The position numbers and the translations under genes are program-made. Source: a virus (Duplodnaviria; Caudoviricetes). Taken from it: 64,000 bases of DNA. Location: the IMG/VR virus record IMGVR_UViG_2700988923_000001, positions 5,865 through 69,864 of that record. One strand, given 5' to 3'. The notes beneath the pieces are model-generated. The model worked only from the letters and a program-made list of their open reading frames with translations, did not search any database and had not been told where the DNA came from. Shown one piece after another: positions 20,501 to 29,722 of this stretch. The stretch's first letter is position 1, and every line of letters begins with the position of its first letter.

Positions 20501-20583
20501 CGGTCCATGCTCCAATTACAGTGATCGGTGGGCGGGAAACTGCCGAGCAGGTCGAGAACCGCCTGCTCAAGATGCTTAGCTGA
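14590..20583 (+). CDS. Tape measure protein with NlpC/P60-like motif
   Basis: 1997 aa, Ala/Gly-rich; YEWG..DCSG..GH..ES motif; repeated ADG/ASGG-PG.D motifs. Confidence 0.93.
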   Translation: MTSAGNIKLGVEIDASDLSARLGEAVRRAIAPALAEIQRELNKVQREYDATSRAADKSSAAQTAGAKTVAEAVEKVGEQQTKTAAKTKAAGEVTTRQINAITRALVKQTAAWEANTAARLGNAAAPVGGGPPRGGGGGGPPRGGSRGFGDLFTGQGGGSRFITSPAGLNLAALGIGSLPAATTAVMQVVGAVQQLGQAGLALPGIYGAAAASVGTAVIGFKGIGDAVKALNEAAKSGDPKDLEKAAEAMKDLDPAAVAVAKTVSGLVRGPLLDLQKATAGRMLKGFDSELQGLADRALPRVGDGIGKIADSWNGTLKSLTGSLGSDRNLGLMDRILGNTANGQSRMNKAIDPLVHAIATLTAGGTDVLPRLADGLAAGAERFDKWVTKIDSDGRLNKWINDGITGLHQLAESGLNLVKIVTDITKASGADQGGFLKWLNDATDRLHALTSSVSGQNAMREFFREGKEQGQQWLPILKNLGEVLIEVYQASKTWSGILLPFLQVTTDLLTSMPGLLHAVLVGFLAWKTIGVFKPILSGLDGIAGGIDKVAAKAGKGGKLGGVRNAIGALGSSRGLAGLGLLGGGTITQLTSDKNDVASQLMGAASTIGGGALTGAAIGSVIPGIGTAIGAGAGAAVGTAIAGINYLLADNKRAQEEAAAATEKLAAANERSHQAMELNAAAIKGVNDALAESGGKIDAATLAGIGDQINNIPDRLAGAYDENTLKGIASALGDVGMTTEQMAQTITGSQGQFDALTARLNQMGPAGQIAAAQLASIRDATLGAASNAATAAPLLQQLSDMFGGIAQAGVGVQNAFAAVPHDIPINVSMPGGQAVFDILKQIGAQIDLNRDGTIHLAAPLSQQVLDQLKALGVQIQQNRDGTINVQISEQQYLDTLNKLGTLGDAYKQLFAGTPALPNVPVAPPGSKQNPIVMPPGSNPFAIPGGADGMVIPGYAPGRDIVNAVLAPGEGVLIPEAVRGLGGPAGVYALNSRFRSGLSKRFYADGGVHTGSGALPGPPPGPETELSVLIQIRDLLGGKGGVAANPIAATASNTATAAKAATNATGGGLGPFGTPLKKRGDPAYEMAAAAISALGGDPEKWIGTDPTLQAATAGVLPGGVPMSMDYSKAMAALQAFARSGNLADVQGLGLNANDPVITALTSARNKKKGGLSDDEIANLVGATLGPTPYAGTLTEQNSSLIKSLQRYRETLMKQAGIDPNTGLARGSASTAGTTGIPLTALPAGAMDPISAYAQRFSGGKYEWGASDLASGLSDCSGAVSDLVEIITKGQATSARLFSTADAGSVLSSLGAVSGAVPGALQIGWDAGHMRATLPNGVNFESGGGTGQGATYGGNAKGAAGMPNIMSLPINGVPLGAGYTASMGSGGLPGAATGGATPVYVTNWPGQGQGGLAGLLGGKMAEAGLGAAGGVAANVSGDVLSAIGGLGQEPWNKEGASYAALNTLVKEGNPLALAKALGLNVEDFTREGGNAGELTTNGGPGYDASGRLFSDTAGLIDRTFTSLNAQLQAMRDQMVDVIEQTNEKLQESALEPIVKSGVQSALESLKDSVSNAIGTAMGNAAAPPIADAVSSAVASLPVDSSGAGSVGGDAASPITNAAGALFASGGPVYGGIPGKDSVPALLMPNEHVFTSAEVARMGGHAAVERFRSALMTGGVRHFATGGGVIGNDTVGAEFFGVSEVPIISTIVNLLVRVLLKVIGVEIEVRDTLNEMTDDFRGFRGDAFKAFDAQGRLLNDTSGLIERSSTSEETAAAERIRILKIVIQAIIKYLIEKVIVPIAKAVANSAIQAGASAAGAAVNTQAPGAGGIVSSLISSAGQAGVDIAAEVGTDFALAISETLIDVVAQGLQSTFPDLMTGIFSGGALASIFDPISGILGSILGIFTGLLGGGALGGAATMIPGDSLFPFDQGGMAKGVGYLPKATMDDELVLSPVETDLFSRFVSALERGGFGSGGNKTVHAPITVIGGRETAEQVENRLLKMLS

Positions 20584-20593
20584 GGAGACCCCG

Positions 20594-22027
20594 GTGACGT
20601 TTCGCGGCTACTTCGCCCTCAACGGGGTCGAGATCGCGAATAGCTCGCGTGTCGCGGCGCACCTCGGCATCGAGGCTCCGACCTCCGACGTGGGCATGTT
20701 CGAGGAGGCGGGCGACTGCTCGCTGACGCCGATCGAGCCGGGCCGGTTGCTCAGCGCCGTCGCTCCCAGCCAGACCCCGATCGGGCCGGGCCGATTGCTC
20801 TACACCCCGCCGGACGGCACGCGCCTGTACGGGCCGGGTCTCGGGGTGGTCGGCGATTGCTGGTCGAGCGAGAACATGTGCTTTGGCTGCCGCCTCGAAA
20901 TCGGCTACGACGACACCTGGCCCGGCCTCAAGTCGCTCGTGGATGACGGCATCTATCGACCCGAGCTGGCCCCGTGGTACACGACGCGAGCGCCGGAGTC
21001 GGGCGAGTTCGGCGGCATCTGGGTCATGGACGTGAAGGGTCTCGGGCCGACGCCGGTCAGCCGACCGATGACCGAGATGGCTGGACCGGGCGGCGTTCCC
21101 GGCCCGCACCGCGACACCAGCCGCGCCGTGTCGTTCGATGCGCTGCTGATCGCGTGCACCTCCGCCGGTCTGCAATACGGTCTGCAGTGGCTCGCGTGCC
21201 GCCTCCGCGAGACCGTCGACCGCGACGACTCGACGCTGCGGTACCTCGCCGCGCACCCCGGCCACTCCGCCGTCGACCCCCAGACCCTCATCCGCGAGGT
21301 GCACGGGGTCGTGCTGACCAAGGAACCGCAGATCACCGCGTCGTTCGCGGGCGGCTCGCGCACCAACCAGCAGGCGACCGTCTACCGGGTAACGTGGGAA
21401 CTTGGGGTCAGCCAGCCGTACGCCTACCTCCCGCAGATCGACCTCGACGTGGCGTGGGATGAGGTCGTGACGCAGCCGATTCAGTGGGTCCACGGCGCGG
21501 ACTGCGAGGAACCCGCCGACTGCGCGGCGATGCCCATCCTGTTCTCCGACACCTGCACCATCGAGACCATCGACGTCATCACCTCGCCGCCTCCCAACTG
21601 CGGCGGGTGCCTGCCGGTCGGTCTCCTCGACCGGCACCGCTACAGCGTGCCCGTGTTCTCGGCTCCGTACCGGTGCCGCGAGACGGCGGCGAGCGTCACC
21701 ATCCGCAACGTCGGCGAGCGGCAGCTCACCCTGCAGGGCCACTGGCGGCTCGCCGAGACCAACCCGGCCTGCAAGGGCGAGCAGTTCCCGATTCAGGTGG
21801 CCGGTCTCCCGCCCGGCGGCGAACTGCACCTCGACGCGGTGAGCGGACGGTACTGGGCGCGGTACGGCGGTCGGAAACACCGCCCGTGGGGCATCGTCGG
21901 CACCCCGTCCGGCGCGCCGTGGCAGCCACCGATCATCGACCGCTCTCAGGCTTGGGAGTTCATCGTCACCGCGCCCGGCGATGCCGAGTTCGAGGTGGAG
22001 ATGAGCCTGGCCGATCGCGAGGCCTGA
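20594..22027 (+). CDS. Minor tail protein (distal tail-like)
   Basis: First gene after TMP; GAGGAG RBS. Confidence 0.75.
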   Translation: MTFRGYFALNGVEIANSSRVAAHLGIEAPTSDVGMFEEAGDCSLTPIEPGRLLSAVAPSQTPIGPGRLLYTPPDGTRLYGPGLGVVGDCWSSENMCFGCRLEIGYDDTWPGLKSLVDDGIYRPELAPWYTTRAPESGEFGGIWVMDVKGLGPTPVSRPMTEMAGPGGVPGPHRDTSRAVSFDALLIACTSAGLQYGLQWLACRLRETVDRDDSTLRYLAAHPGHSAVDPQTLIREVHGVVLTKEPQITASFAGGSRTNQQATVYRVTWELGVSQPYAYLPQIDLDVAWDEVVTQPIQWVHGADCEEPADCAAMPILFSDTCTIETIDVITSPPPNCGGCLPVGLLDRHRYSVPVFSAPYRCRETAASVTIRNVGERQLTLQGHWRLAETNPACKGEQFPIQVAGLPPGGELHLDAVSGRYWARYGGRKHRPWGIVGTPSGAPWQPPIIDRSQAWEFIVTAPGDAEFEVEMSLADREA

Positions 22028-22028
22028 C

Positions 22029-23117
22029 ATGGCCGACGACCAGCACCGCGTCATCACCGACAACCAGATCGTCGCCCTGCAGACTAAGGGCGGCGCAACC
22101 CTTTACGAGTTCCGCGCGAGTGACCAGGAGACGTTCAACTGGTCGCGCGACTCGGCCAACGTCTCGACGTTCGACCTGACGGCTCCGCCGATCGGCGACC
22201 CCGACCGGGTGCCCGCGATTCAGCCGTGGCTTCACTGGGTGACCGTGTGGGACGGCGACCGCGACAAGCTGCTGTGGAAGGGTCCGGTGTTCAAGTCGGT
22301 CGCCAACCGGCGCGGCGTGCAGATCAGCGCCCGAGACACCAACGTCTATCTCAGCCGGACCCGCACGCCGATCACGAAGCGGTGGGACGCTGCGGACCCG
22401 GCGTGGGTCGCGGGCGAGCTGTGGCGACCGATGGCCGAACGGCAAGGCCTCGACCTCAACCCGATCATCCTCACCGACCCCGAGGGCGACCGGTACGACT
22501 TCCATTGCGTCGCCGACGAACAGATGCTCGACCAGACGGTCAAGGAACTGGTCAACCTCGGGCTGACCTACACGTGCGTGTCCGGCGCGCCGATCCTCGG
22601 CCCGGCTCCGCGCAACGCCATCGCGATGCTCGGTGAGTCCGACTTCATCGGCGACGGCATCAGCATCATCCGCGACGGCTCGCAGGTGTTCAACGACGTG
22701 CTGGTGCGGGTGCCGGGCGATGAGGTTCGGGACCGGGTGCCGCTGGCGGGGGCGAACCTTGAGACCATCGTCAACCTCGACAACATCAGCGACGTCTCCA
22801 ACGTCGCCCGCGCGGCTCGCCAGTACCTCCGGCAGACGTCGCAGGTGCGGGCCGATCTCGACCTGCCGAGCGGGACCGTGCTGCACCCGAGCGCGCCGGT
22901 CTCGATTGACGAGCTGATCCCGAGCACGCGGTATTGGATCACTGCCCAAGGCGTCCAACAGGAGATGCGACTTGAGTCCGTCACTGTCGACCGGGCGGCG
23001 GGGTCCGCTACCGTCAAGGTCACTATGACGCAGGTGGTGGACGTTCCCGAGCTGACCGACACCGAGGGCACCAACCGGACCCTCGGAGGCCAACTGCTGC
23101 CGGGGCAGACCTCGTGA
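22029..23117 (+). CDS. Minor tail protein (hub-like)
   Basis: Synteny; LLWKGPV motif. Confidence 0.7.
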   Translation: MADDQHRVITDNQIVALQTKGGATLYEFRASDQETFNWSRDSANVSTFDLTAPPIGDPDRVPAIQPWLHWVTVWDGDRDKLLWKGPVFKSVANRRGVQISARDTNVYLSRTRTPITKRWDAADPAWVAGELWRPMAERQGLDLNPIILTDPEGDRYDFHCVADEQMLDQTVKELVNLGLTYTCVSGAPILGPAPRNAIAMLGESDFIGDGISIIRDGSQVFNDVLVRVPGDEVRDRVPLAGANLETIVNLDNISDVSNVARAARQYLRQTSQVRADLDLPSGTVLHPSAPVSIDELIPSTRYWITAQGVQQEMRLESVTVDRAAGSATVKVTMTQVVDVPELTDTEGTNRTLGGQLLPGQTS

Positions 23118-25390
23118 GCGTGATCGCGCCGGGCCGGGCACCGCGCACTGACGGCGAGCTGATGGTCGAACTCAACGACCGGGTGCGCGCCTTGGAGAAC
23201 GCGCGCACCGTCCGCGTCGGCCCGTGGACTCTCTCGACCGACCCGGTGAGCGGGGCGCTGAGGGCGATGCGCCCCGGCCAGACGGTGTTGATCGACGGCG
23301 AGGGTGCGACCGAGATCGCCCCGGCCAAGGTGGACTTGTCGGGCCTGGTGACGACCGAGCAGCTGAACACTGCGCTCGACGGCATCGACGGCGGCGGAGG
23401 TATCGACCTCGAATCTGTGTGGGCTGCGCTGTACTCGCAGCTCACCGGCATCATGAATCCGGTCAACGCGCTGACCGCGCTGGCGAATTTCTTCAAGCTC
23501 GAACTCGGCGCGCCGATCACCTCGAACCGGCTGCCGCTCATTCCCCTGAGTCACATCCGCCCCGTCAACCCCAACTTGCTCATCGACGGGTCGTTCGATG
23601 ACGAGGCCTCGCTGCTCGGGTTCCCTGACTGGGACTACGACGAAGCCGACGGTCGCGACCGGCCCGGCTGCGCGTACACGATGGCCGACGGGTTCACGCA
23701 CGTCATCCACTCCAACGCCATCGAGGTCGAGACCGACGACCGGTTCGACATCGAGGTCTACGCCAAGTGGATCGGCCTGACCATCAGCGGGGCCACGCCC
23801 ATCAAGCTCGCCATTTCGAGCTACCGGGCCGACGACGTGCTGATCAACGGCGCTCCGGCGGTCGTGTTCTCGGTCGGCGAGGCGGGCGACAGCGCCGGTA
23901 CCGACGGGTGGGGGATGCGGCTGCACGTCGAGGATTGGGCACCGCCGGAGGATGCGGCGTACATCGTGGTCGAGCTGACCGTGACGGCGGCGGCGACCGG
24001 CGGCACCGTCAAGTTCGATGACGCGGCGGCTCGCAAGACGGGCACGCTCCCACAGAGCTACGTCACGGGTCTGGTCGCGGCCATCAGCTCGATCTGGTCC
24101 GGCATTCAGTCCCGTATCGAGGAGTTCGGCGACCTGCTCGACGCGATCGGCGGGTTCGTCGTCGGCTCCGGCGACGGCCAGCTGACCGACGTCGTGACCC
24201 GGCTGCAGGCGCTCAACCCGCTGACCGGCGTGTTCGACGCTTCCAAGCTCGGCAACATCGCCAACATCCCGATGATCGCCAAGGAGCGCATCACGGGCCT
24301 GGTCGACGCTCTTGAGGAGGGCGGGCAGGCGCTCCGCGACGCGATCGTGCAAGCGCTCACCGGAGCCGTCCCGCCCGGCGGAGCGACCAACGAGAACGTC
24401 ATCTCCGCACTGCTCGCCATCCCGGCCTCGGCGGTCCAATCGGCCATCGACGGCGCGTCCAACATTGACGACGCGATTCAGCAGGCGATTGACTCGGTGA
24501 TCTCCGGCGCGGGCAACCTCGTGGGCAGCGGGTTCGGGTTCGCCGACATGATCAATCAGCTCGCCGGTCTCCGCAACGCGACCGCCGGAGCCAACGCGGC
24601 GGTCACCAACCTGCAGGCTCAGGTGGCAGGCCTCGACCCGGCGGCGTCGTCGGAGGTCGTCAACTTCGGCGAGTTCGTGGACGCGGCGGCTCCGCCGTCC
24701 AACTTCACGAAGGTCAACGACATCGGCTCCGGCTCGCTCATCACCTCCGGCGGGCAGCTGGTCTGGTCGGGGTCGAGCGCCGGGCGCGAGTTCTACCTGT
24801 TCAACGGCGGGCCACTGCAGACCGACCTGTTCGAGGTGACGTTCGTGCTCCCGCAGGTGCCGTCGCACGGGTGGTTCGGCGCGGACGGCGCGAACTATCT
24901 GTACCTGATCGGTCGGTCCAACAATGACGGGTCGAGCATGGTGCTGCTCCGCCTCGCGTGGGACGAGGCGCGGTTCTACAGCTACAACTCCGGCGCATTC
25001 ACACAAATGGGTCCGACGCTTTCACAGAGCGATATTCTGACCGGCGGCTGCGCGGTGAGTTTCAAAGGCGGAACGGTCGCCGAGCCGCGCTATTTCGAGA
25101 CCCGCATTAACGGCACAAAGGTGCTCAGCACGACCGATTCCGCGCCGGTCTCGATCTATGGCCCGAATAACCGGTACTGCGGTCTCGGCGTCGAGAAGGG
25201 TAGCAACTACGACACCGGCAAGATCAGCACGTGGTCGATGTACGACGGCGGGTCCAGCGCCGGGTCCGGCGTCGTCGCCGGTTACACCGCTGCCGGTCTG
25301 ACCAACCTGAACATCTGGAAGGGCACCGCAGCGCAGTACGCCGCCATTGTTTCCAAGAACCCCAACACCATTTACGTCGTCAAGGATTGA
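23114..25390 (+). CDS. Minor tail protein
   Basis: 758 aa; NPNLLIDGSF carbohydrate-binding-like domain; C-terminal TAAQY..PNTIY motif. Confidence 0.75.
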   Translation: MSVIAPGRAPRTDGELMVELNDRVRALENARTVRVGPWTLSTDPVSGALRAMRPGQTVLIDGEGATEIAPAKVDLSGLVTTEQLNTALDGIDGGGGIDLESVWAALYSQLTGIMNPVNALTALANFFKLELGAPITSNRLPLIPLSHIRPVNPNLLIDGSFDDEASLLGFPDWDYDEADGRDRPGCAYTMADGFTHVIHSNAIEVETDDRFDIEVYAKWIGLTISGATPIKLAISSYRADDVLINGAPAVVFSVGEAGDSAGTDGWGMRLHVEDWAPPEDAAYIVVELTVTAAATGGTVKFDDAAARKTGTLPQSYVTGLVAAISSIWSGIQSRIEEFGDLLDAIGGFVVGSGDGQLTDVVTRLQALNPLTGVFDASKLGNIANIPMIAKERITGLVDALEEGGQALRDAIVQALTGAVPPGGATNENVISALLAIPASAVQSAIDGASNIDDAIQQAIDSVISGAGNLVGSGFGFADMINQLAGLRNATAGANAAVTNLQAQVAGLDPAASSEVVNFGEFVDAAAPPSNFTKVNDIGSGSLITSGGQLVWSGSSAGREFYLFNGGPLQTDLFEVTFVLPQVPSHGWFGADGANYLYLIGRSNNDGSSMVLLRLAWDEARFYSYNSGAFTQMGPTLSQSDILTGGCAVSFKGGTVAEPRYFETRINGTKVLSTTDSAPVSIYGPNNRYCGLGVEKGSNYDTGKISTWSMYDGGSSAGSGVVAGYTAAGLTNLNIWKGTAAQYAAIVSKNPNTIYVVKD

Positions 25391-25393
25391 CCC

Positions 25394-26722
25394 GTGCCTA
25401 TTTATATCGGCGACGCTCCAATTGACGATATTCTCAGCACCAGCGAGGCCGACGACTACGACAAGGTGTATATCGGGTCCGACCTTGTTTGGCCTCCGAT
25501 CGAGTTCCCCTATTCGGTCATCAACTCGAATGTCTCCGCTGCTGCGATCCCGCCCGGCGCGACCGGCGCGTGGATTGAGCTGTGGGGCAGGGGTGCCAAC
25601 GGCGGGACCGGCGGTCACGACGACAGCACGCAGTCGTCGGGCCACGCTGCAGGCGGTAACGGCGGCGGTGGCGGCGGGCACGTCCACCAGATATTCGTCT
25701 ACGTCGAGGACATGGGCACCGACTGGTCCCTGCTCTACGGGGCGGTCAATCGGTTCCTGTCCGGCGGTGTCGATCTGGTCGCCAACTCCGCCAGCGGCAC
25801 CAACGGCGGCACCGCCTCGGTGTCGGGCCTGACCGCCGACTACTACAGCCCGCGAGCATCCAACGGCGGCAACCGGGGCCAGAACTCCGACGGTGCCGGT
25901 GCAGGCGGGGCCGACGGCGGCGACTCCGACTGGACCGGAGACAACGCGCCCAACACCTCACCGCCCGGCACCCGAGGCCTCGGCACCAACGGCGGTACCA
26001 ACGGCGGCACGGGCGGCACCGCCCACGGCTCCGGCAACGCGCACCACTACGCCTCCGGCGGCGGCGGTGGCGGCGGCGGCGGATACACCGCCGGTCAGAA
26101 CGGTGGCGCAGGCACGCAGAACAACGGCGGCGCAGGCGGCTCCGGCGGCGTCGCCCGCGCCGAGGTGACCTGGGTCAACACCCCCGTGCCCAAGGACAAG
26201 ACATGGACGTTCGGAGCCGGGGCGTGGTCGTGGACCTGCCCGGCCTGGGCGCAGAACGGCTGGAAGGTCGACATCCTCGAATGGGCCGGAGGTAAGGCGG
26301 GCGCGAACGGCGGCTCGACCTCGGCGGGCAACGGCGGTCTCGCCGGGGCGACCAACTCCCAGACCCTCACCGTCGGCACTGAGATCGCGATCGGCGGCAC
26401 GCTGTCCGGCAACGTCGGCGCGGGCGGAGCGTCCAACGGGGCCAACGGCGGCAACACGACCTGCACGCAGCTCGGCCACAACGTGCTCGGCGCGACCGGC
26501 AACACGGGCGCTCAAGACGGCCAGGCTGCCGGTCCGATCACGATCGGCGGCAAGACGTACCCCGGCGGTCCCGGCGGCACCTCGGGGTCGAGTTCGAGCG
26601 CGGGGCAGGACGGCTCCGCGCCGGGCGGCGGCGGCGAGGGCGGCGGGTCGCTGTTCTTTGTCGGCCTGGCCGGTGGCAAGGGCGGCGACGGGCGTGTCAT
26701 CATCCGGCTTCGGGAGGTCTGA
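25394..26722 (+). CDS. Glycine-rich minor tail protein
   Basis: Two Gly-rich domains; N-terminal VYIGSDLVW. Confidence 0.75.
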   Translation: MPIYIGDAPIDDILSTSEADDYDKVYIGSDLVWPPIEFPYSVINSNVSAAAIPPGATGAWIELWGRGANGGTGGHDDSTQSSGHAAGGNGGGGGGHVHQIFVYVEDMGTDWSLLYGAVNRFLSGGVDLVANSASGTNGGTASVSGLTADYYSPRASNGGNRGQNSDGAGAGGADGGDSDWTGDNAPNTSPPGTRGLGTNGGTNGGTGGTAHGSGNAHHYASGGGGGGGGGYTAGQNGGAGTQNNGGAGGSGGVARAEVTWVNTPVPKDKTWTFGAGAWSWTCPAWAQNGWKVDILEWAGGKAGANGGSTSAGNGGLAGATNSQTLTVGTEIAIGGTLSGNVGAGGASNGANGGNTTCTQLGHNVLGATGNTGAQDGQAAGPITIGGKTYPGGPGGTSGSSSSAGQDGSAPGGGGEGGGSLFFVGLAGGKGGDGRVIIRLREV

Positions 26723-28227
26723 TGGCCGGATGGTTCCAGTTGCCGCCGGGCCTGGCCGGTGTGCAGATTCCCGGCTGGTTCCAGGACGCGCCGGAGCCGG
26801 GCACCCCGACGCCGATGGTCGGCTGGTGGGCCGTACTCGGCATCGACGGCGCGCTCAGCGTCCATCAGGTCTCGCACGTCGAGCTGGCTACGTTGTCCGG
26901 CCTCGGCGTCGTGCTCGACGTCGCGGTGACCCGCAGCGTGGCCCTGCAGAAGCTCGCCAAGATCGCCGTCGCACAGACCCTCAACGTCATCCGCACGGTC
27001 GAGCTGGGCACGCTCGGAGGCCTCGACCTCGCTCAGCAGATCACGCTCGCCCGCGCAATCGCTCTGGCCCGAATCGCCCCGCTCGACGCGGCGCTGAACG
27101 TCGCGGTCACGTCGCAGGTCGAGATCGCGCACACGAAGGCCTTCGCCCTGCAGACGACGTTTCTAGCCGGGCGCGTGGTCGACCTGACGAAGATCGGCAC
27201 GCTCGACGTCTCCCGCGAGATCACCGTGGGCCGGTCGACCGAGCTGATCGCGATGAGGTGGTTCGATCTCGCGACCGAGGTGGTCTGGTCGAACCCGCTG
27301 GCCCTGCAGAAGATCGCCCGGCTCGACCTGACGCAGACCGTTACCGTCAACCGGGCGCTCGACCTCATGCGGGTCGCGGACATGCCGCTGACGGCGGCAA
27401 CCCTCAACCTCAACTCGACGGTGAGCCTTGCGAAGGCACGGACGGTCGACGCGACGCTGAGCCTCGCGCTGTCCGGCGTCGTCGCGCTCGATCGTGTTGG
27501 GCCGCTGAGCGTGTCGTCGCAATGGAGCCTCACGGCGACGACCGGTCTGACGAAGGTCGCACAGCTCGGGGTGAGTCGGGCGCTGTCGCTGCTCGGCTCC
27601 GCTGCTCTCGCCAAGCGGTTCGATGAGGCCTATCTCGCTGCGGTCTCGCTTGCCGCAGGAGCGACGTTCGCGTTCCCGCCGACCGGTCTACCCGTGCAGG
27701 CCGATCGGACGACGACCGGGGCATACACGTACGTGTTCCCGCGCAACTGCGAGATCATCGACCGCATCGTGCTCGGCGGCGGAGGCGGCGGCAAAGGTCT
27801 CGGCATCTGCTGCACGTGGGGCAACGGCGGAGCGGGCGGCAACTACGCCTCCGACACGATCACGCGCGGGCCGGGCGGCATCGACTACTCGGTCACGCAG
27901 TGCTCCGGCACGATCGGGACCGGCGGCACCGCCGGGTCATCCTCCGGCGGCAACGGCGGCAACGGCGGCTCCACGACCTCGGTCTGCACGGGCGCGCCCA
28001 CGCTCACCGGGACGGGCGGAGCCGGGGCGACGTCGGCAGCGCTCGACTTCACCGGCAAGTCGCCCGGCAACCGGACCCAAGGCAGCCTGACGATGACGGG
28101 CGGCGGCGAGGTCCAGAACAGCCAGACCGGAGCCGCGCCCGGCGGCGGCGGAGGCGGCGGAATCTCGACGTTCGCCGCTGGCGGCGCGGGCGCGCGGGGT
28201 CAGGCCTCCTACATGGCGCGCCAGTAA
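26722..28227 (+). CDS. Minor tail/fiber protein with 20-aa repeats and Gly-rich C-terminus
   Basis: About 12 tandem 20-aa hydrophobic repeats. Confidence 0.75.
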   Translation: MAGWFQLPPGLAGVQIPGWFQDAPEPGTPTPMVGWWAVLGIDGALSVHQVSHVELATLSGLGVVLDVAVTRSVALQKLAKIAVAQTLNVIRTVELGTLGGLDLAQQITLARAIALARIAPLDAALNVAVTSQVEIAHTKAFALQTTFLAGRVVDLTKIGTLDVSREITVGRSTELIAMRWFDLATEVVWSNPLALQKIARLDLTQTVTVNRALDLMRVADMPLTAATLNLNSTVSLAKARTVDATLSLALSGVVALDRVGPLSVSSQWSLTATTGLTKVAQLGVSRALSLLGSAALAKRFDEAYLAAVSLAAGATFAFPPTGLPVQADRTTTGAYTYVFPRNCEIIDRIVLGGGGGGKGLGICCTWGNGGAGGNYASDTITRGPGGIDYSVTQCSGTIGTGGTAGSSSGGNGGNGGSTTSVCTGAPTLTGTGGAGATSAALDFTGKSPGNRTQGSLTMTGGGEVQNSQTGAAPGGGGGGGISTFAAGGAGARGQASYMARQ

Positions 28228-28256
28228 CATCACCATCGAGTGAGAGGATCAGACCC

Positions 28257-28640
28257 GTGACCGTAGGCATCACCGCGTACCTCGCCAACAAGCTGCTCGA
28301 CCACGTTGGCCGCAACGTCGCGTACACGCCGCCTGCAGTGGTCTACGCCAAGGCGCATCTCGGCGACCCCGGCGCGACCGGAGCGGCGAACGCCAGCGCT
28401 CAGACCACCCGTCTTGCCCTCTCGTTTGCCGCAGCGGCGTCCGGCAGCATGTCGGCCAACACGACCCCTGAGTGGACCCTCAACGCGACCGAGAACATCA
28501 GTCACGTGTCGTTCTGGGACGCGCCGACAGGCGGCAACTGCCTGTGGACCGCAGCGGCCTCGGTGACCAAGGGCGGTGTCTCCGGCGACATCATCCGCAT
28601 CGCGACCGATACGCTGGCATTCAGCCCGATCGCTGCATAG
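28257..28640 (+). CDS. Minor tail protein
   Basis: YLANKLLDH...HLGDPG...WDAPTGGNCL motif family. Confidence 0.7.
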   Translation: MTVGITAYLANKLLDHVGRNVAYTPPAVVYAKAHLGDPGATGAANASAQTTRLALSFAAAASGSMSANTTPEWTLNATENISHVSFWDAPTGGNCLWTAAASVTKGGVSGDIIRIATDTLAFSPIAA

Positions 28641-28648
28641 GAGACCCG

Positions 28649-29083
28649 ATGAGCACCCCGACACCGCAGGGCACCGACTACGAGTGGGCCGTGATCTGGC
28701 AAGTGGCGACGCTGCCCGACGACGGCACCGTGCCCGACCCGCCGGAGCGCCCGGCCCGGCCCGAGCTGCCGCTGCCGACCTATGACCCGCAGACCGGCAA
28801 CCCGATCCCGCCGGAGCTGACGCCGTTGCAGCAACAACTGCAGGACCAGTACGTGGCCGACCTTGAGGCCTACGAGGCGGCGGTGGCGGCGCGCGAGGAG
28901 GTCGTGGACCAGGTGCTCGCCGACCCGGCCAATTGGCAGTCGGCGCTGACGGTCCTGCCCGGCGGCGAGGTCGATGCACGCGCCGCGCTCAAGACGCTGG
29001 TCGAGGCCAACCGGGACAACAAGTACGCGAAGGACTTCCAGCTGGCGACCGCTCCGGCCCGCATCTGGACCGCGACCACTTAA
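28649..29083 (+). CDS. Hypothetical tail-region protein
   Basis: GGAGA RBS; 144 aa, Pro-rich. Confidence 0.65.
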   Translation: MSTPTPQGTDYEWAVIWQVATLPDDGTVPDPPERPARPELPLPTYDPQTGNPIPPELTPLQQQLQDQYVADLEAYEAAVAAREEVVDQVLADPANWQSALTVLPGGEVDARAALKTLVEANRDNKYAKDFQLATAPARIWTATT

Positions 29084-29092
29084 GCTGAGCGC

Positions 29093-29722
29093 GTGACCAC
29101 GCCCACCGTTTGCGTCGCCGAGCACCTGCTGGTCACCGACGCGGGAGAACTCAACCTCGCCCCGTGGTCGGTGCCTCGCAACGTGCTCGATGAGATCGCT
29201 CAGAGCGGCGGCGACACGACCAAGCTGCTCAAGACGGACAGCTTGGAGAGCGCGCGGCTGCTGATCAACTGGTCGGGCAGTTGGCTCAACGACACGCCGG
29301 TCGACCACATGGTTCGGGTGCAGGTGACGCGGCGGTTCCGGCGGTGGATCACCTCGAACCCGAACGCGGTGCAGTTCCGTGATCGGTGGTCGAGCGCGAT
29401 CGACACCGACCCCGAGGTGCCGGTGGTTTCGGGCATCTTCAACTCGCAGACCGGCTCCGCCGGGGACATCGGCACCAACACGGTCGCCGAACCCAACCCC
29501 GGCAAGTTCTGGCACTGGTGGGGTACTAACACCTCCGACGAGTGGCTGGGTCCGGTCGAGCCGGGGCAGCGGTTCAACCTCGCCTACCGGGCGTACGTGT
29601 GGACACCGCCTCCGTTCTCCAACAACGCCAACAAGAACGCTCCCAGCCACGAGGCGGAGGCCGGTTATGCCCGCATCGCGGTCCACGCTTTCCCCGAGCC
29701 GAGCAAGCGGGTGATCGGATGA
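29093..29722 (+). CDS. Minor tail protein (paralog 1 of 3)
   Basis: 209 aa, beta-rich; N-terminus similar to next two genes. Confidence 0.6.
   Translation: MTTPTVCVAEHLLVTDAGELNLAPWSVPRNVLDEIAQSGGDTTKLLKTDSLESARLLINWSGSWLNDTPVDHMVRVQVTRRFRRWITSNPNAVQFRDRWSSAIDTDPEVPVVSGIFNSQTGSAGDIGTNTVAEPNPGKFWHWWGTNTSDEWLGPVEPGQRFNLAYRAYVWTPPPFSNNANKNAPSHEAEAGYARIAVHAFPEPSKRVIG

Noticed and set aside
24990-25560. Apparently lower-GC patch at a minor-tail junction suggesting a recent swap
   Set aside because: Visual impression only; it cannot be quantified without computation.
25600-28200. GGCGGC-rich tracts as DNA repeats or DGR variable regions
   Set aside because: Explained by Gly-rich tail domains; no reverse transcriptase or template repeat was found.
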